A DNA stretch of 59,625 nt from Oscillospiraceae bacterium (GTDB lineage Bacteria > Bacillota > Clostridia > Oscillospirales > Ruminococcaceae), in NCBI GenBank assembly GCA_017540225.1, contig JAFYBM010000146.1, positions 1-59,625 on the forward strand, read 5' to 3'. Under the pieces are notes generated by a model. That model was not told where the DNA came from, did no database searches, and saw only the letters and a list, made by a program, of their open reading frames with translations. The translations under genes were made by a program, and so were the position numbers. Positions 17,174 to 26,507 of the stretch are shown here, one piece after another. Position 1 is the first letter of the stretch. Each line of letters starts with the position of its first letter.

Positions 17174-18613
17174 ATGGAGCTGACTGCCGTACTGGAACAA
17201 AATCTCAGCATCATTTCCCGCCTGACCGGAAATTCCGCTGATACAGTTATCAGCCGGATCACGGTCTGCGGAATCCCCTGTGCGCTGCTTTCCTGCGAGG
17301 GAATGTGCAGCAATGCCGCAATCGCAGAGCAGATCGCGGAGCCGCTGCACGCACTTTGCGGCAGCTTTTCTGCGGGCGGAGAGCTGCTTGATTTTCTGCA
17401 AAAATACAGGTTTTTCGCTGCCGACAGCACAACTGCTTCCGATACCGAAGCGCTGCTGCATCTGCTGCATTCCGGCTTTGTGATCCTGCTTGCAGACGGT
17501 GCTGCCGAAGCACACGCCTTCGGCTTGCAGGGCTTTGCGGCACGCGGCATTTCCGAGCCGTCCGGTGAACTGAATATTTACGGCGCAAAGGATGGCTTCA
17601 CAGAGCCGGTCCGCACCAATATGTCACTGATCCGGCGCCGGATGAAAACGCCGCTGCTGACCTTTGAACTGCTGACCGCGGGAACCGTCTCTCAGACTGA
17701 CCTCTGCATGGTGTATCTGCGCGACCGCGTACCGGATGATCTCATCAGCGGGATCAGGAAGAAGCTGCAAACACTGCCGCTGGAAACCGTCCTGTCCGGC
17801 GGCTATGTCAGGCCGTTTCTGGAGGAAAGCGATTTCCGGCTCGTCCACAGCGTCAGCACCACGGAGCGCCCTGATGTGCTCTGTGCAAAAATACTGGAGG
17901 GGCGTGTCGGGATTCTGATTGACGGCACGCCGTTTGCGCTGGTTGTTCCGCAGCTTTTCTGCGAAACATTCCAGACGCTCGATGACTATAATTACCCGCC
18001 CGCCTATGCGACGCTGCTGCGCTGGATCAAATATGCGGCGGCACTGCTTTCGCTGCTGCTGCCGGCGGGCTATCTTGCCTCCGCGCTGCATCATCCGGAG
18101 CTGCTGCATGAGACGCTGCTTCGGATTCTGGCCGATTCCGAGCAGAATACGCCGTTTTCGCTGGCAGCGGAGATGCTGGGCGTATTATTTTTGTTTGAGA
18201 TCGTGCGGGAGGCCGGACTGCGGCTGCCGAAGGCGGTCGGCGGTGCGGTCGGCATGATCGGCGGCCTGCTGATCGGCGATGCGGCGGTACAGTCCGGCTT
18301 CATCAGCACGCCGGTTCTGACGGTCGCGGCGCTTGCGGCAACTGCCGGATTCATCATTCCGGAGCATCACGCCGCACTGACCGTTCTGCGTCCGTTGTTT
18401 ATTCTTGCTGCCGCGGCGGCCGGACTGACGGGCATTGCATTTGCGGGCACCGCACTGCTGTATCATATCTGCGGCACAGAGATTTTCGGATTCCCTGTTT
18501 CCGCGCCGGTTGCACCGCTGCTGCCGCGGCGGCTTCAGGATATTTTTGCGCGGGTCGGCTTCCGGCGGCTTTCGCAGGGGAATTTCCGCATCTCTGAGCT
18601 GCGAATGCAATAG
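17174..18613 (+). CDS. GerA-family spore germination protein (A-subunit / SpoVAF-like)
   Basis: Start chosen at ATG 17174 (AGAGGTG RBS). Blocks LEGRVGILIDGTPFALVVP, DYNYPP and EIVREAGLRLP, with C-terminal TM helices. Ends in TAG. Confidence 0.8.
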   Translation: MELTAVLEQNLSIISRLTGNSADTVISRITVCGIPCALLSCEGMCSNAAIAEQIAEPLHALCGSFSAGGELLDFLQKYRFFAADSTTASDTEALLHLLHSGFVILLADGAAEAHAFGLQGFAARGISEPSGELNIYGAKDGFTEPVRTNMSLIRRRMKTPLLTFELLTAGTVSQTDLCMVYLRDRVPDDLISGIRKKLQTLPLETVLSGGYVRPFLEESDFRLVHSVSTTERPDVLCAKILEGRVGILIDGTPFALVVPQLFCETFQTLDDYNYPPAYATLLRWIKYAAALLSLLLPAGYLASALHHPELLHETLLRILADSEQNTPFSLAAEMLGVLFLFEIVREAGLRLPKAVGGAVGMIGGLLIGDAAVQSGFISTPVLTVAALAATAGFIIPEHHAALTVLRPLFILAAAAAGLTGIAFAGTALLYHICGTEIFGFPVSAPVAPLLPRRLQDIFARVGFRRLSQGNFRISELRMQ

Positions 18614-18757
18614 CCGGCAATGCCGGCCTCCAATATCGCTTCCCGCTCTGATTAAGCGCCCTTAGCTTGACAGCTCTGGAAGTCTTGACGATGCAGATTC
18701 TATGCAGAGATGCGGAATCGGTGCTTCAGCTTGCACAAGACAGCGGGGATTTTTGCG

Positions 18758-19168
18758 TCATATGACCGGAAGCATCCGAAGTATTTTGATCAGGTTGAGC
18801 AGCGTCAGCAGCCCGTCGCCGTCGAGATCGGGCATGGGCGTCTTCGATGCCGCATCGCCCTCCTCTGCAAGATAGCGCGCAAACAGAACGGCGTCCGGAA
18901 TCGTGATCTTCGTCAGGGAACAGCACCAAAATGCGCTCTCGCCGATTCCCGTAACCGGCAGTCCGCCAATCTCCGCAGGAATCACCACTACTTCGGGCAG
19001 GTCTTGGGTATTTCCGGTGATTGTCACAGCGCCGTCCGCGATCTCATATTTCATTCCCTGAAAGACAAGCTCATTTTCTGCAAACGCGGTCACTTCTGCG
19101 GGAAAAACCGCCGCCGTGCCGGATAATCCGAACACCGCTGCACATAATAGACTACAGATTCGTTTCAT
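18758..19168 (-). CDS. small secreted protein with one BspA-type LRR unit and a half-dockerin-like tail
   Basis: Start at ATG 19168 (signal MKRICSLLCAAVFGLSG). Has IPAEIGGLPVTGIGESAFWCCSLTKITIPD, then DLDGDGLLTLLNLIKILRML. May be a remnant of a larger surface protein. Confidence 0.5.
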   Translation of the reverse strand: MKRICSLLCAAVFGLSGTAAVFPAEVTAFAENELVFQGMKYEIADGAVTITGNTQDLPEVVVIPAEIGGLPVTGIGESAFWCCSLTKITIPDAVLFARYLAEEGDAASKTPMPDLDGDGLLTLLNLIKILRMLPVI

Positions 19169-19255
19169 ACAAGCCGTCCTTTCCGCGCATTTGCGCAATA
19201 TACTGCTTTATTTTAGCGTAAATACCAGTATTTGTCAATCAACAAGGAGAATTTT

Positions 19256-20104
19256 ATGCAAACCAGAACAGACCTCGCGCTCGAACGTGCAGCGGAGATG
19301 CCCGCGCAGGAGGGTATTTTCATCCGGCACCGCGGCACCGCCTTTCACACAACGGAAATTGAGATCGACTCGGATGAACACGGCGCAGCAATCGGGCGCG
19401 GCAAGGGGCGCTATCTCACGCTGGAATCTGCGCATCTGCATCACGATACCCCGCAGCTCCGCACACAGGCCTCGGAGCTTGCGGAGGAGCTGCGGCGTTT
19501 TCTGCCGGAGGGCGCCGTGCTGATTGCGGGGCTGGGCAACGCGGAGATCACGCCGGATGCACTCGGCCCGCAGACGGCTGCCCGCGTACTGGCGACACGG
19601 CATCTGCGGCAGGAGCTGCGCGATAATGAACCGGATACCGATTTTCTGCGGGCGCTGCGGCCGGTCAGCGTCCTCGCAAACGGCGTCCTCGGACAGACCG
19701 GCATTGAAACGGCGGAGCTGATTGCCGCGCTGAAAACAACCGTGCAGCCGGAATGTATCATTGCGGTCGATGCGCTGGCCTGCTCCGATCTTTCGCGGCT
19801 CGGCACAACCGTGCAGATCTCCGATGCGGGTATCTCGCCGGGCAGCGGTGTCCAGAACCGGCGCGCCGAGCTGAGCGGCAAAACGCTCGGCATTCCGGTG
19901 ATTGCGCTGGGCGTCCCGACTGTTGTCGATCTGCATACGATCATCCGGCAGGCAGGTGCAGAGGCGCCGCATGATCTGCCGAATATGATGGTCACGCCGC
20001 GCAATATCGACAAGCTGCTGCATCATGCGGCAAGACTTCTTGCGCTGAGCATCAATCTCGCGCTGCATCCCCAGCTTTCCTTTGAGGACGCGGAAACGCT
20101 TTGA
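19256..20104 (+). CDS. gpr: germination protease GPR
   Basis: Start at ATG 19256 (AAGGAGA RBS). Blocks RTDLALE, GLGN..ITPDALGP, IAVDALA and ISDAGISPGSGV. Confidence 0.9.
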   Translation: MQTRTDLALERAAEMPAQEGIFIRHRGTAFHTTEIEIDSDEHGAAIGRGKGRYLTLESAHLHHDTPQLRTQASELAEELRRFLPEGAVLIAGLGNAEITPDALGPQTAARVLATRHLRQELRDNEPDTDFLRALRPVSVLANGVLGQTGIETAELIAALKTTVQPECIIAVDALACSDLSRLGTTVQISDAGISPGSGVQNRRAELSGKTLGIPVIALGVPTVVDLHTIIRQAGAEAPHDLPNMMVTPRNIDKLLHHAARLLALSINLALHPQLSFEDAETL

Positions 20105-20137
20105 TTTCATCCGCAGTGCATATTTCGGGAGGGCATT

Positions 20138-20815
20138 ATGCTGACTGTTTTTTTGCGTGTGCTGATTCTTTATCCGCTCGTGATCTTCGGCATCCGGCTG
20201 ATGGGCAAGCGGCAGATCGGGGAAATGCAGCCGAATGAGCTTGTCATCACCATCCTGATTTCCAATATTGCAACGCTGCCGCTGGAGGATCAGAATCTTC
20301 CGCTGCTGATGAGCGTTGCCCCGATGCTGCTGCTCATCTGCTTTGAAGTGCTGCTTTCATGGGGCGTACTGAAACACCGCAGACTGCGGCATCTTGTAGC
20401 AGGCGGGCCGCAGGTCATCATCCGCAGCGGCATAATTGACCGGATGATTATGGAGGAGCTGCGCTTTTCGCTCGATGACCTCATGACGGCGCTGCGCACA
20501 AACGGTGTGTTTGATCTGCGGGAGGTACAGCTTGCCGTTGTCGAGACAAACGGCAATGTTTCGGTTTATCAGAAGGCGGATGCACGGCCTGTAACCTGCG
20601 GTGATCTGAAGCTCCCTGTGCAGTCCGCCGATCCGCCGGAGGTGCTGATTGCAGACGGCTGCATCAGCAGAGAGGGACTGACAGCATCCGGATATACCGA
20701 ACAAAAGCTGCTGCAAATGCTCAGGGAGAAAAAGCTGCGGCCGGCGGATGTATTCCTGCTGACCGCCGATCAGTCCGGCATCTGCACGCTGCTGAAAAAG
20801 GAGGCAAAGCCGTGA
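20138..20815 (+). CDS. YetF/DUF421-family membrane protein
   Basis: RLMGKRQIGEMQPNELVITILI plus a C-terminal soluble domain (VVETNGNVSVY). Confidence 0.75.
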   Translation: MLTVFLRVLILYPLVIFGIRLMGKRQIGEMQPNELVITILISNIATLPLEDQNLPLLMSVAPMLLLICFEVLLSWGVLKHRRLRHLVAGGPQVIIRSGIIDRMIMEELRFSLDDLMTALRTNGVFDLREVQLAVVETNGNVSVYQKADARPVTCGDLKLPVQSADPPEVLIADGCISREGLTASGYTEQKLLQMLREKKLRPADVFLLTADQSGICTLLKKEAKP

Positions 20816-21177
20816 AAAATATGCGCGTGCGCATTGCATTTACTGTTTTCTGCGGGATGACCGTACTGACGGGCTATTCCGTTCGCGCCGTACACAACAG
20901 CTGCGGGATGCTGATTGCGCAGACAGAGAAGATCATGCAGACGGCAGCGCAGCAGCGCAATCCGGAGCAGGAAATCGCGGCGCTGGAAGCTCTCTGGGAA
21001 AAACAGAGCCGGAAGCTGCATCTTTTTCTGCCGCATCAGACCTTAATGGAGCTGAATGCGTCCGTTGCAAGGCTGGATGCACTCCGTGATGCGGACTGTG
21101 ACGAGCTGACGGCGGAGCTTTGTGCCGTGCGGGCAGATCTGCAATGGATCAATACGCAGATTGTGAAACCTTTGTGA
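20812..21177 (+). CDS. DUF4363-like small protein
   Basis: GTG 20812 overlaps the upstream stop. Has an N-terminal TM and a helical remainder, and the usual position downstream of DUF421. Confidence 0.55.
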   Translation: MKNMRVRIAFTVFCGMTVLTGYSVRAVHNSCGMLIAQTEKIMQTAAQQRNPEQEIAALEALWEKQSRKLHLFLPHQTLMELNASVARLDALRDADCDELTAELCAVRADLQWINTQIVKPL

Positions 21178-21194
21178 AATATTCAAAGATGCTC

Positions 21195-21222
21195 TTGCTT
21201 TTTTACAAAATTATGGTATACT
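21195..21222 (+). promoter_or_regulatory. sigma-70-type promoter, TTGCTT-16 nt-(TGg)TATACT
   Basis: Extended -10-like TGG precedes TATACT. Lies immediately upstream of the CIRCE element. Confidence 0.55.
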
Positions 21223-21226
21223 AGAT

Positions 21227-21253
21227 TTAGCACTCGAATACTGCGAGTGCTAA
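21227..21253 (+). promoter_or_regulatory. CIRCE operator (HrcA binding site), TTAGCACTC-N9-GAGTGCTAA
   Basis: Perfect match to the published CIRCE consensus inverted repeat. Sits between the -10 and the htpG RBS. Confidence 0.9.
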
Positions 21254-21278
21254 ATCTGACAGGAAAGGTGATCCAATC

Positions 21279-23171
21279 ATGGAACAAAAACAGTTTCAGG
21301 CCGAATCCAAAAGAATGCTCGACCTGATGATTCATTCAATCTATACGCACAAGGAGATTTTTCTGCGTGAGCTGATTTCCAATGCATCCGATGCAATCGA
21401 CAAGCTCTATTTCCGTTCGCTGACCGATGAAACCGTCGGCAAGAACCGCGATGATTTTTACATCGAGCTGCGCCCCGACAAGGAAAAGCGCACATTGACG
21501 ATCATAGACAACGGCATCGGCATGACCGCGGAGGAGCTGGAGCAGAATCTCGGCGTGATCGCGCATTCCGGCTCCCGCGCATTCAAATCCGAGAACACGC
21601 TTGATGAGAATACTGACATTATCGGCCAGTTCGGCGTCGGCTTTTATTCTGCATTTATGGTTGCAAAGCGCGTGACTGTCCGCACGAAGGCGTTTGGCTC
21701 CGATACGGCCTATGAGTGGCAGTCCGAGGGCGTGGAAGGCTACACCATCGACACCTGCACGAAAAATGATGTCGGCACAGAGATCATTCTGGAAATGCTC
21801 GATGACACGGATGACGAGAAGTATTCCGAATTTCTTGAGGAATTCCGCATCCGCCAGCTCATCAAGAAATATTCCGATTATATCCGCTTCCCGATCCGCA
21901 TGGAGGTCAGCCGCGAAAAGCTGAAGGAGGGCAGCAGCACCGAATATGAAACACACGTTGAGGTCGAAACGCTCAACAGCATGACACCGATGTGGAAGCG
22001 CAACAAAAATGAGCTGACCGATGAAGATTACAATAACTTCTACCGCGATAAGTATTTTGATTACAACGGTGCGCCGCTGCTGCATATCCATAACCGCAGC
22101 GAAGGAACCGTGACCTATAATTCGCTGCTGTATATTCCGGCAAAAGCGCCGTTTGATTACTACTCGAAGGATTACGAAAAGGGCTTGCAGCTCTATGCCT
22201 CCGGCGTTATGATTATGGAGAAATGCGGCGACCTGCTGCCGGATCATTTCAGCTTCGTCAAAGGTCTGGTCGATTCCGAGGATCTTTCGCTGAATATTTC
22301 CCGTGAAATGCTCCAGCATGACCGTCAGCTCAAGCTGATCGCAAAATCGCTGGAAAAGTCGATCAAAAATGAGCTGAGCAAGCTGCTGAAAACAGACCGC
22401 GAAAAATATACCGAATTCTGGAAAGCGTTTGGCATTCAGCTCAAATTCGGCGTATACAACGAATTCGGCACACACAAGGAGCTTTTGCAGGATCTGCTGC
22501 TCTTCCACAGCTCCGGCTGCGATGATCCGGAGGGCTATACGACACTTAGCGAATATGTTACCAGAATGCGTGAGGAGCAGAAATATATCTACTATGCAGC
22601 CGGTGAAACCGTGACACGCTGTGCCGCGCTGCCGGCCGCGGAGCTGGTGCGTGACAAGGGCTTTGAGGTGCTGTATCTGACTGATAATGTGGACGAGTTT
22701 GCACTGCAAATGCTGCAAAAGTATCAGGATAAGGAATTCAAGAATGTTTCTGCGGGCGATCTCGGACTGGAAACCGAGGAGGACAAAACCGCACTGGAGG
22801 AAAAGAATGCAGCAGCAAAGGATCTCTTTGCCGAGATGCAGAAGGCGCTTGACGGCAAGGTCAAAACAGTGCGTCTTTCCGGCCGCCTGAAGAATCATGC
22901 GGTCTGCCTGTCCAGTGAAGGCGATCTTTCGCTGGAAATGGAAAAGGTGCTGAATACGATGCCGAACGGAAACAAGGTTCAGGCACAGCGCGTGCTGGAG
23001 CTGAACCCCGATCATCCGGTATATGAGACTTTGCAGCGGCTGCTTACCGAGGACAAGGATAAGCTCGCACAGTACGCCGATCTGCTCTATCAGCAGGCAT
23101 TGCTGATTGAAGGAATGCCGATCGAGGATCCGGTCAAGCTCAGTAAAATGATCTGTGATCTGATGGTTTGA
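21279..23171 (+). CDS. htpG: molecular chaperone HtpG (Hsp90)
   Basis: ELISNASDAIDK, IGQFGVGFYSAF, 630 aa. Confidence 0.97.
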   Translation: MEQKQFQAESKRMLDLMIHSIYTHKEIFLRELISNASDAIDKLYFRSLTDETVGKNRDDFYIELRPDKEKRTLTIIDNGIGMTAEELEQNLGVIAHSGSRAFKSENTLDENTDIIGQFGVGFYSAFMVAKRVTVRTKAFGSDTAYEWQSEGVEGYTIDTCTKNDVGTEIILEMLDDTDDEKYSEFLEEFRIRQLIKKYSDYIRFPIRMEVSREKLKEGSSTEYETHVEVETLNSMTPMWKRNKNELTDEDYNNFYRDKYFDYNGAPLLHIHNRSEGTVTYNSLLYIPAKAPFDYYSKDYEKGLQLYASGVMIMEKCGDLLPDHFSFVKGLVDSEDLSLNISREMLQHDRQLKLIAKSLEKSIKNELSKLLKTDREKYTEFWKAFGIQLKFGVYNEFGTHKELLQDLLLFHSSGCDDPEGYTTLSEYVTRMREEQKYIYYAAGETVTRCAALPAAELVRDKGFEVLYLTDNVDEFALQMLQKYQDKEFKNVSAGDLGLETEEDKTALEEKNAAAKDLFAEMQKALDGKVKTVRLSGRLKNHAVCLSSEGDLSLEMEKVLNTMPNGNKVQAQRVLELNPDHPVYETLQRLLTEDKDKLAQYADLLYQQALLIEGMPIEDPVKLSKMICDLMV

Positions 23172-23175
23172 TATG

Positions 23176-23212
23176 AAAATGCCGTTCCGGTTTCGGAACG
23201 GCGTTTTCGTTT
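23176..23212 (+). terminator. rho-independent terminator of htpG
   Basis: gccgttccg-gttt-cggaacggc, followed by gttttcgttt. Confidence 0.8.
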
Positions 23213-23219
23213 ATCAATA

Positions 23220-23251
23220 AAGCCCCTTTGACGAAGTCGTCAGAGGGGCTT
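23220..23251 (-). terminator. long hairpin downstream of scpB
   Basis: aagcccct-t-tgacga-ag-tcgtca-g-aggggctt. On the minus strand it is followed by tattgat. Confidence 0.5.
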
Positions 23252-23274
23252 GCAGACAAACTGAGCGGAGACAG

Positions 23275-23907
23275 TTAATCTGTCTCCGCTTCCGCTGTTT
23301 CAATTGTTTCAAGATTATCAAGTTCCTGTACGGTTTCCGGTTCATCCGGAATATCCTCGCCGTCCTCGGTCTGCAATTCAAACAGATCCTGCTCGCTGTC
23401 TGTGGGCAGCGGCGGAAGATCACCGAGTGACTGCAAACCGAATGTCCGCAGAAAATGCGGTGTTGTCCGGTATGTCACCGGCCGGCCGGGTACTTCAATC
23501 CGTCCCGCCTCCTCAAGCAGGCCGCGCTCAACCAGTGTATTGACGACACTTCCGCTGTCCACACCGCGCACCCGCTCGACAAAGCCCTTTGTCACCGGCT
23601 GATTGTAAGCGATAATCGTCAGCGCTTCCATCGCCGCATTGGAAAGCGGCGTGTTGCGCTTGACCTCCAGCGCCGCACGGATCTGCTCCGCAAAATCGGC
23701 ACGCGTCGTGAGCTGCCAGCTTGCACCGAGCTGTAAAAGCTGCAAGCCGCTGTGCGAGGCCTCCAGCGCAATCTCCAGCGTGTGTGCAGCCGATTCGATC
23801 TCCGCTGCGGTCATGCCGAGCGCTTCCGCAAGGCGGTCGGTTTCCATCGGCTCGCCGGCCGCAAAGAGCACCGCTTCAAGTGCGGCACAAGCATATTCCA
23901 GTTCCAT
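23275..23907 (-). CDS. scpB: segregation and condensation protein B
   Basis: LEAVLFAAGEP, LSNAAMEALTIIAYNQPVTKGFVERVRGVDS, GRPVTYRTT. Confidence 0.9.
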   Translation of the reverse strand: MELEYACAALEAVLFAAGEPMETDRLAEALGMTAAEIESAAHTLEIALEASHSGLQLLQLGASWQLTTRADFAEQIRAALEVKRNTPLSNAAMEALTIIAYNQPVTKGFVERVRGVDSGSVVNTLVERGLLEEAGRIEVPGRPVTYRTTPHFLRTFGLQSLGDLPPLPTDSEQDLFELQTEDGEDIPDEPETVQELDNLETIETAEAETD

Positions 23908-23918
23908 ATTCCCGTCCT

Positions 23919-25355
23919 TTATGCGCCGCGCAGCAGCGCCTCCAGCATATCATTCACACGCTCCATATGCAGTCCGCGCGAGGCCTTGATGAGAATGCAG
24001 ACTGCCTCGCCCCGATTGGCTTGCATTCTTTCGCGCAGCGCATCCATCAGCGCCTCCTGCGTTTCAAACGCATTTGCGGCGCTGCCGCTGCCCGCAGCAA
24101 AATCGTTATAATTCACGCCGCAGAAATATGCCTCATCGGCATATTTCCGGCAAAGCGCACCAAGCTCGCGGTGACGGTCTGCCGCAAATTCTCCAAGCTC
24201 GTTCATATTACCGAGAACCGCCAGCTTTTTCGCATTGCCGGCAATCGTCCCGAAGGATTGCAGCGCTGCTGCCATTGCCTCAGGATTAGCATTATAATAA
24301 TCGCGTATAATCGTTACATTTCCGATCTGCACGCGCTCAGAGCGCATTGCACCGGGTGTGAAATACCGGAGCGCAGCAGCCGTCTCAGCAACGGTCATGC
24401 CGCACTGAATGCCCGTGTGCATCGCCAGCAGCGCATCGGTCACATTGTGCAGACCTGTCATCGGCAGACTGACCGGAACGGCATCTCCGCCGCAATATTT
24501 TACCAAAAACGAAGTGCTGTCTGCTGTTTCGGAAACCTGCTCTGCACTCAGCTCCGCAGCCGGATTTCCAAGCCGTGAGCTGAATCTGACCGTTATTCTC
24601 TCCGCAAGCGAATCCCGTACATCAAACAGCATTTTATCATCCGCCGAAACGATCAGCGAACCGTTTTTTCCGCCATTTTCCATGCCGTTGAGGATTTCGA
24701 GCTTTGCGCTGCGGATATTTTCCTGCGAACCGAGATTGCCGATATGCGCGGTGCCGATATTCGTGATGACCGCGAAATCCGGCGCCGCAATATGGGACAG
24801 ATAATCAATCTCGCCGGCATGATTCATGCCCATTTCGATGACTGCAAACTCCGTATCCTCCGGCATATGCAGCAGCGTGTACGGCACGCCGATATGATTG
24901 TTATGGTTGCCGGAAGTCGCGTAGGTACGGTATTTTGCAGCAAGCACGCAGGCTGTCATATCCTTGACGGTCGTTTTGCCGCTGCTGCCGGTCACGCCGA
25001 TGACACGCAGCCCGGCCGCCTTGCGTTTGCGCAGATAATCATGCGCCAGAATGCCGTAAGCCTTCACCGCATCCGGTACGATCAGATAAGGCACCTGCGG
25101 ATTCTCAGGCGGTTCCTCCGTCAGAATGCACATCACAGCGCCTTTTTCGGCTGCCTGCTTCGCATAGAGATTGCCGTTGAAATTTTCGCCTTTCAGCGCA
25201 ATGAAGCAGTTTCCCTGCGCAATCGTCCGCGTATCCGTACTGAATCCCGCGACAGAAAACGATGTATCTTCGCAGTTTTGCAGCTTCGCACAGAGTGCCT
25301 CCGCAATCTCCGCCGCAGTCATCCGGACATCCGTTTTTTCGCTGAGCATCGCCAT
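23919..25355 (-). CDS. murF: UDP-N-acetylmuramoyl-tripeptide--D-alanyl-D-alanine ligase
   Basis: GVTGSSGKTTVKDM P-loop, Mur ligase middle and C-terminal blocks, 478 aa. Confidence 0.92.
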   Translation of the reverse strand: MAMLSEKTDVRMTAAEIAEALCAKLQNCEDTSFSVAGFSTDTRTIAQGNCFIALKGENFNGNLYAKQAAEKGAVMCILTEEPPENPQVPYLIVPDAVKAYGILAHDYLRKRKAAGLRVIGVTGSSGKTTVKDMTACVLAAKYRTYATSGNHNNHIGVPYTLLHMPEDTEFAVIEMGMNHAGEIDYLSHIAAPDFAVITNIGTAHIGNLGSQENIRSAKLEILNGMENGGKNGSLIVSADDKMLFDVRDSLAERITVRFSSRLGNPAAELSAEQVSETADSTSFLVKYCGGDAVPVSLPMTGLHNVTDALLAMHTGIQCGMTVAETAAALRYFTPGAMRSERVQIGNVTIIRDYYNANPEAMAAALQSFGTIAGNAKKLAVLGNMNELGEFAADRHRELGALCRKYADEAYFCGVNYNDFAAGSGSAANAFETQEALMDALRERMQANRGEAVCILIKASRGLHMERVNDMLEALLRGA

Positions 25356-25358
25356 AAA

Positions 25359-26417
25359 TCAGCCCTCCAGCGCCAGCGCGATCAGGTCATCCAGCAGGTC
25401 GGGGAACGTTTTTCCCTCTGCCGCCCACATCTTCGGATACATGGAAATCGGCGTAAATCCGGGCAAAGTGTTAATCTCGTTGAATACGATCTCATTGGTG
25501 CCGCGTGTCACGAAGAAATCAACACGCGAAAGCCCCGCGCAGCCGAGCGCACTGTAAACCTTGACCGCCCATGCCCGCACCTGCGCATTCAGCTCCTTGC
25601 TGATGCGGGCAGGAATAAAGGCCTGCGAGGTCGATGTAACATACTTTGTTTCGTAATCGTAAAACTCAGCACCTGCGTCGATTTCACCGGCCACAGCAGC
25701 CACGGGCTTCTCATTGCCGAACACCGCGACCTCAACCTCAATGCCGTTGATGAACTCCTCGGCAAGGATTTTTTTATCAAATTTGAATGCAGCCTCCAGT
25801 GCCGGCATCAGCTCGGCCTCCGTCTTGACCTTTGAGACACCGACAGATGAACCGGTACTGCAAGGCTTGATGAATACCGGAAAAGCAATATTCTCCATAA
25901 TTTTCCGGCACATCGCCTCTGCGTCCTCACGGAAATCCGTGCGGCGCAGCGTCAGCCAGTTCGCCTGACGGACACCGGTTGTGGCAGCAATCAGCTTCGT
26001 GACGGATTTATCCATCGAGACTGCCGAGGCACAGATGCCGCAGCCGACAAACGGAATGCCGGAAAGCTGGAAAAGTCCCTGCACAGAGCCGTCCTCACCG
26101 TTTTCGCCGTGCAGAACCGGAAAGATCACATCGACCGGCACGCTCCTGACACCGTCCGGATAGATCACGCGCAGTCCCATGCCGGTTTCCGGCGAAAGAA
26201 AGGCTGTGAGATTATCCGGATGCTGCTCCCATTTGTCATTCGCAATATCGTCATAATTATCGCCGCCGTAGAGCAGCCATTTGCCCTCGCGGGTGATGCC
26301 GACGGGAAGCACCCTGCGGTTATCCTTCCTGAGATTGCGCAGCACGGCCGCGCCGGAAACCAGCGAAACTGCGTGCTCCGGCGAAACGCCGCCAAACAGT
26401 ACCAGAACTGTCTGCAT
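25359..26417 (-). CDS. ddl: D-alanine--D-alanine ligase
   Basis: VLFGG.S.EH.VS, HG..GEDG..QG, ATP-grasp blocks, NEINTLPGFT. Confidence 0.95.
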   Translation of the reverse strand: MQTVLVLFGGVSPEHAVSLVSGAAVLRNLRKDNRRVLPVGITREGKWLLYGGDNYDDIANDKWEQHPDNLTAFLSPETGMGLRVIYPDGVRSVPVDVIFPVLHGENGEDGSVQGLFQLSGIPFVGCGICASAVSMDKSVTKLIAATTGVRQANWLTLRRTDFREDAEAMCRKIMENIAFPVFIKPCSTGSSVGVSKVKTEAELMPALEAAFKFDKKILAEEFINGIEVEVAVFGNEKPVAAVAGEIDAGAEFYDYETKYVTSTSQAFIPARISKELNAQVRAWAVKVYSALGCAGLSRVDFFVTRGTNEIVFNEINTLPGFTPISMYPKMWAAEGKTFPDLLDDLIALALEG

Positions 26418-26507
26418 GAAAAATTACCTCTTTTCGTAGTTTAGATGTATCTGCGATGGATCGCTATGGGAGCGCTGCCCCGTTTCAATCCGTCAAAGAC
26501 ACCTTTT

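Noticed and set aside
19169-19255. SigF/SigG-type forespore promoter upstream of gpr, and similarly upstream of the GerA-family gene at 17077..17173.
   Set aside because: I could not align the sequence convincingly to GHATR-N17/18-CATNNTA or the SigF pattern. Any call would be guesswork.
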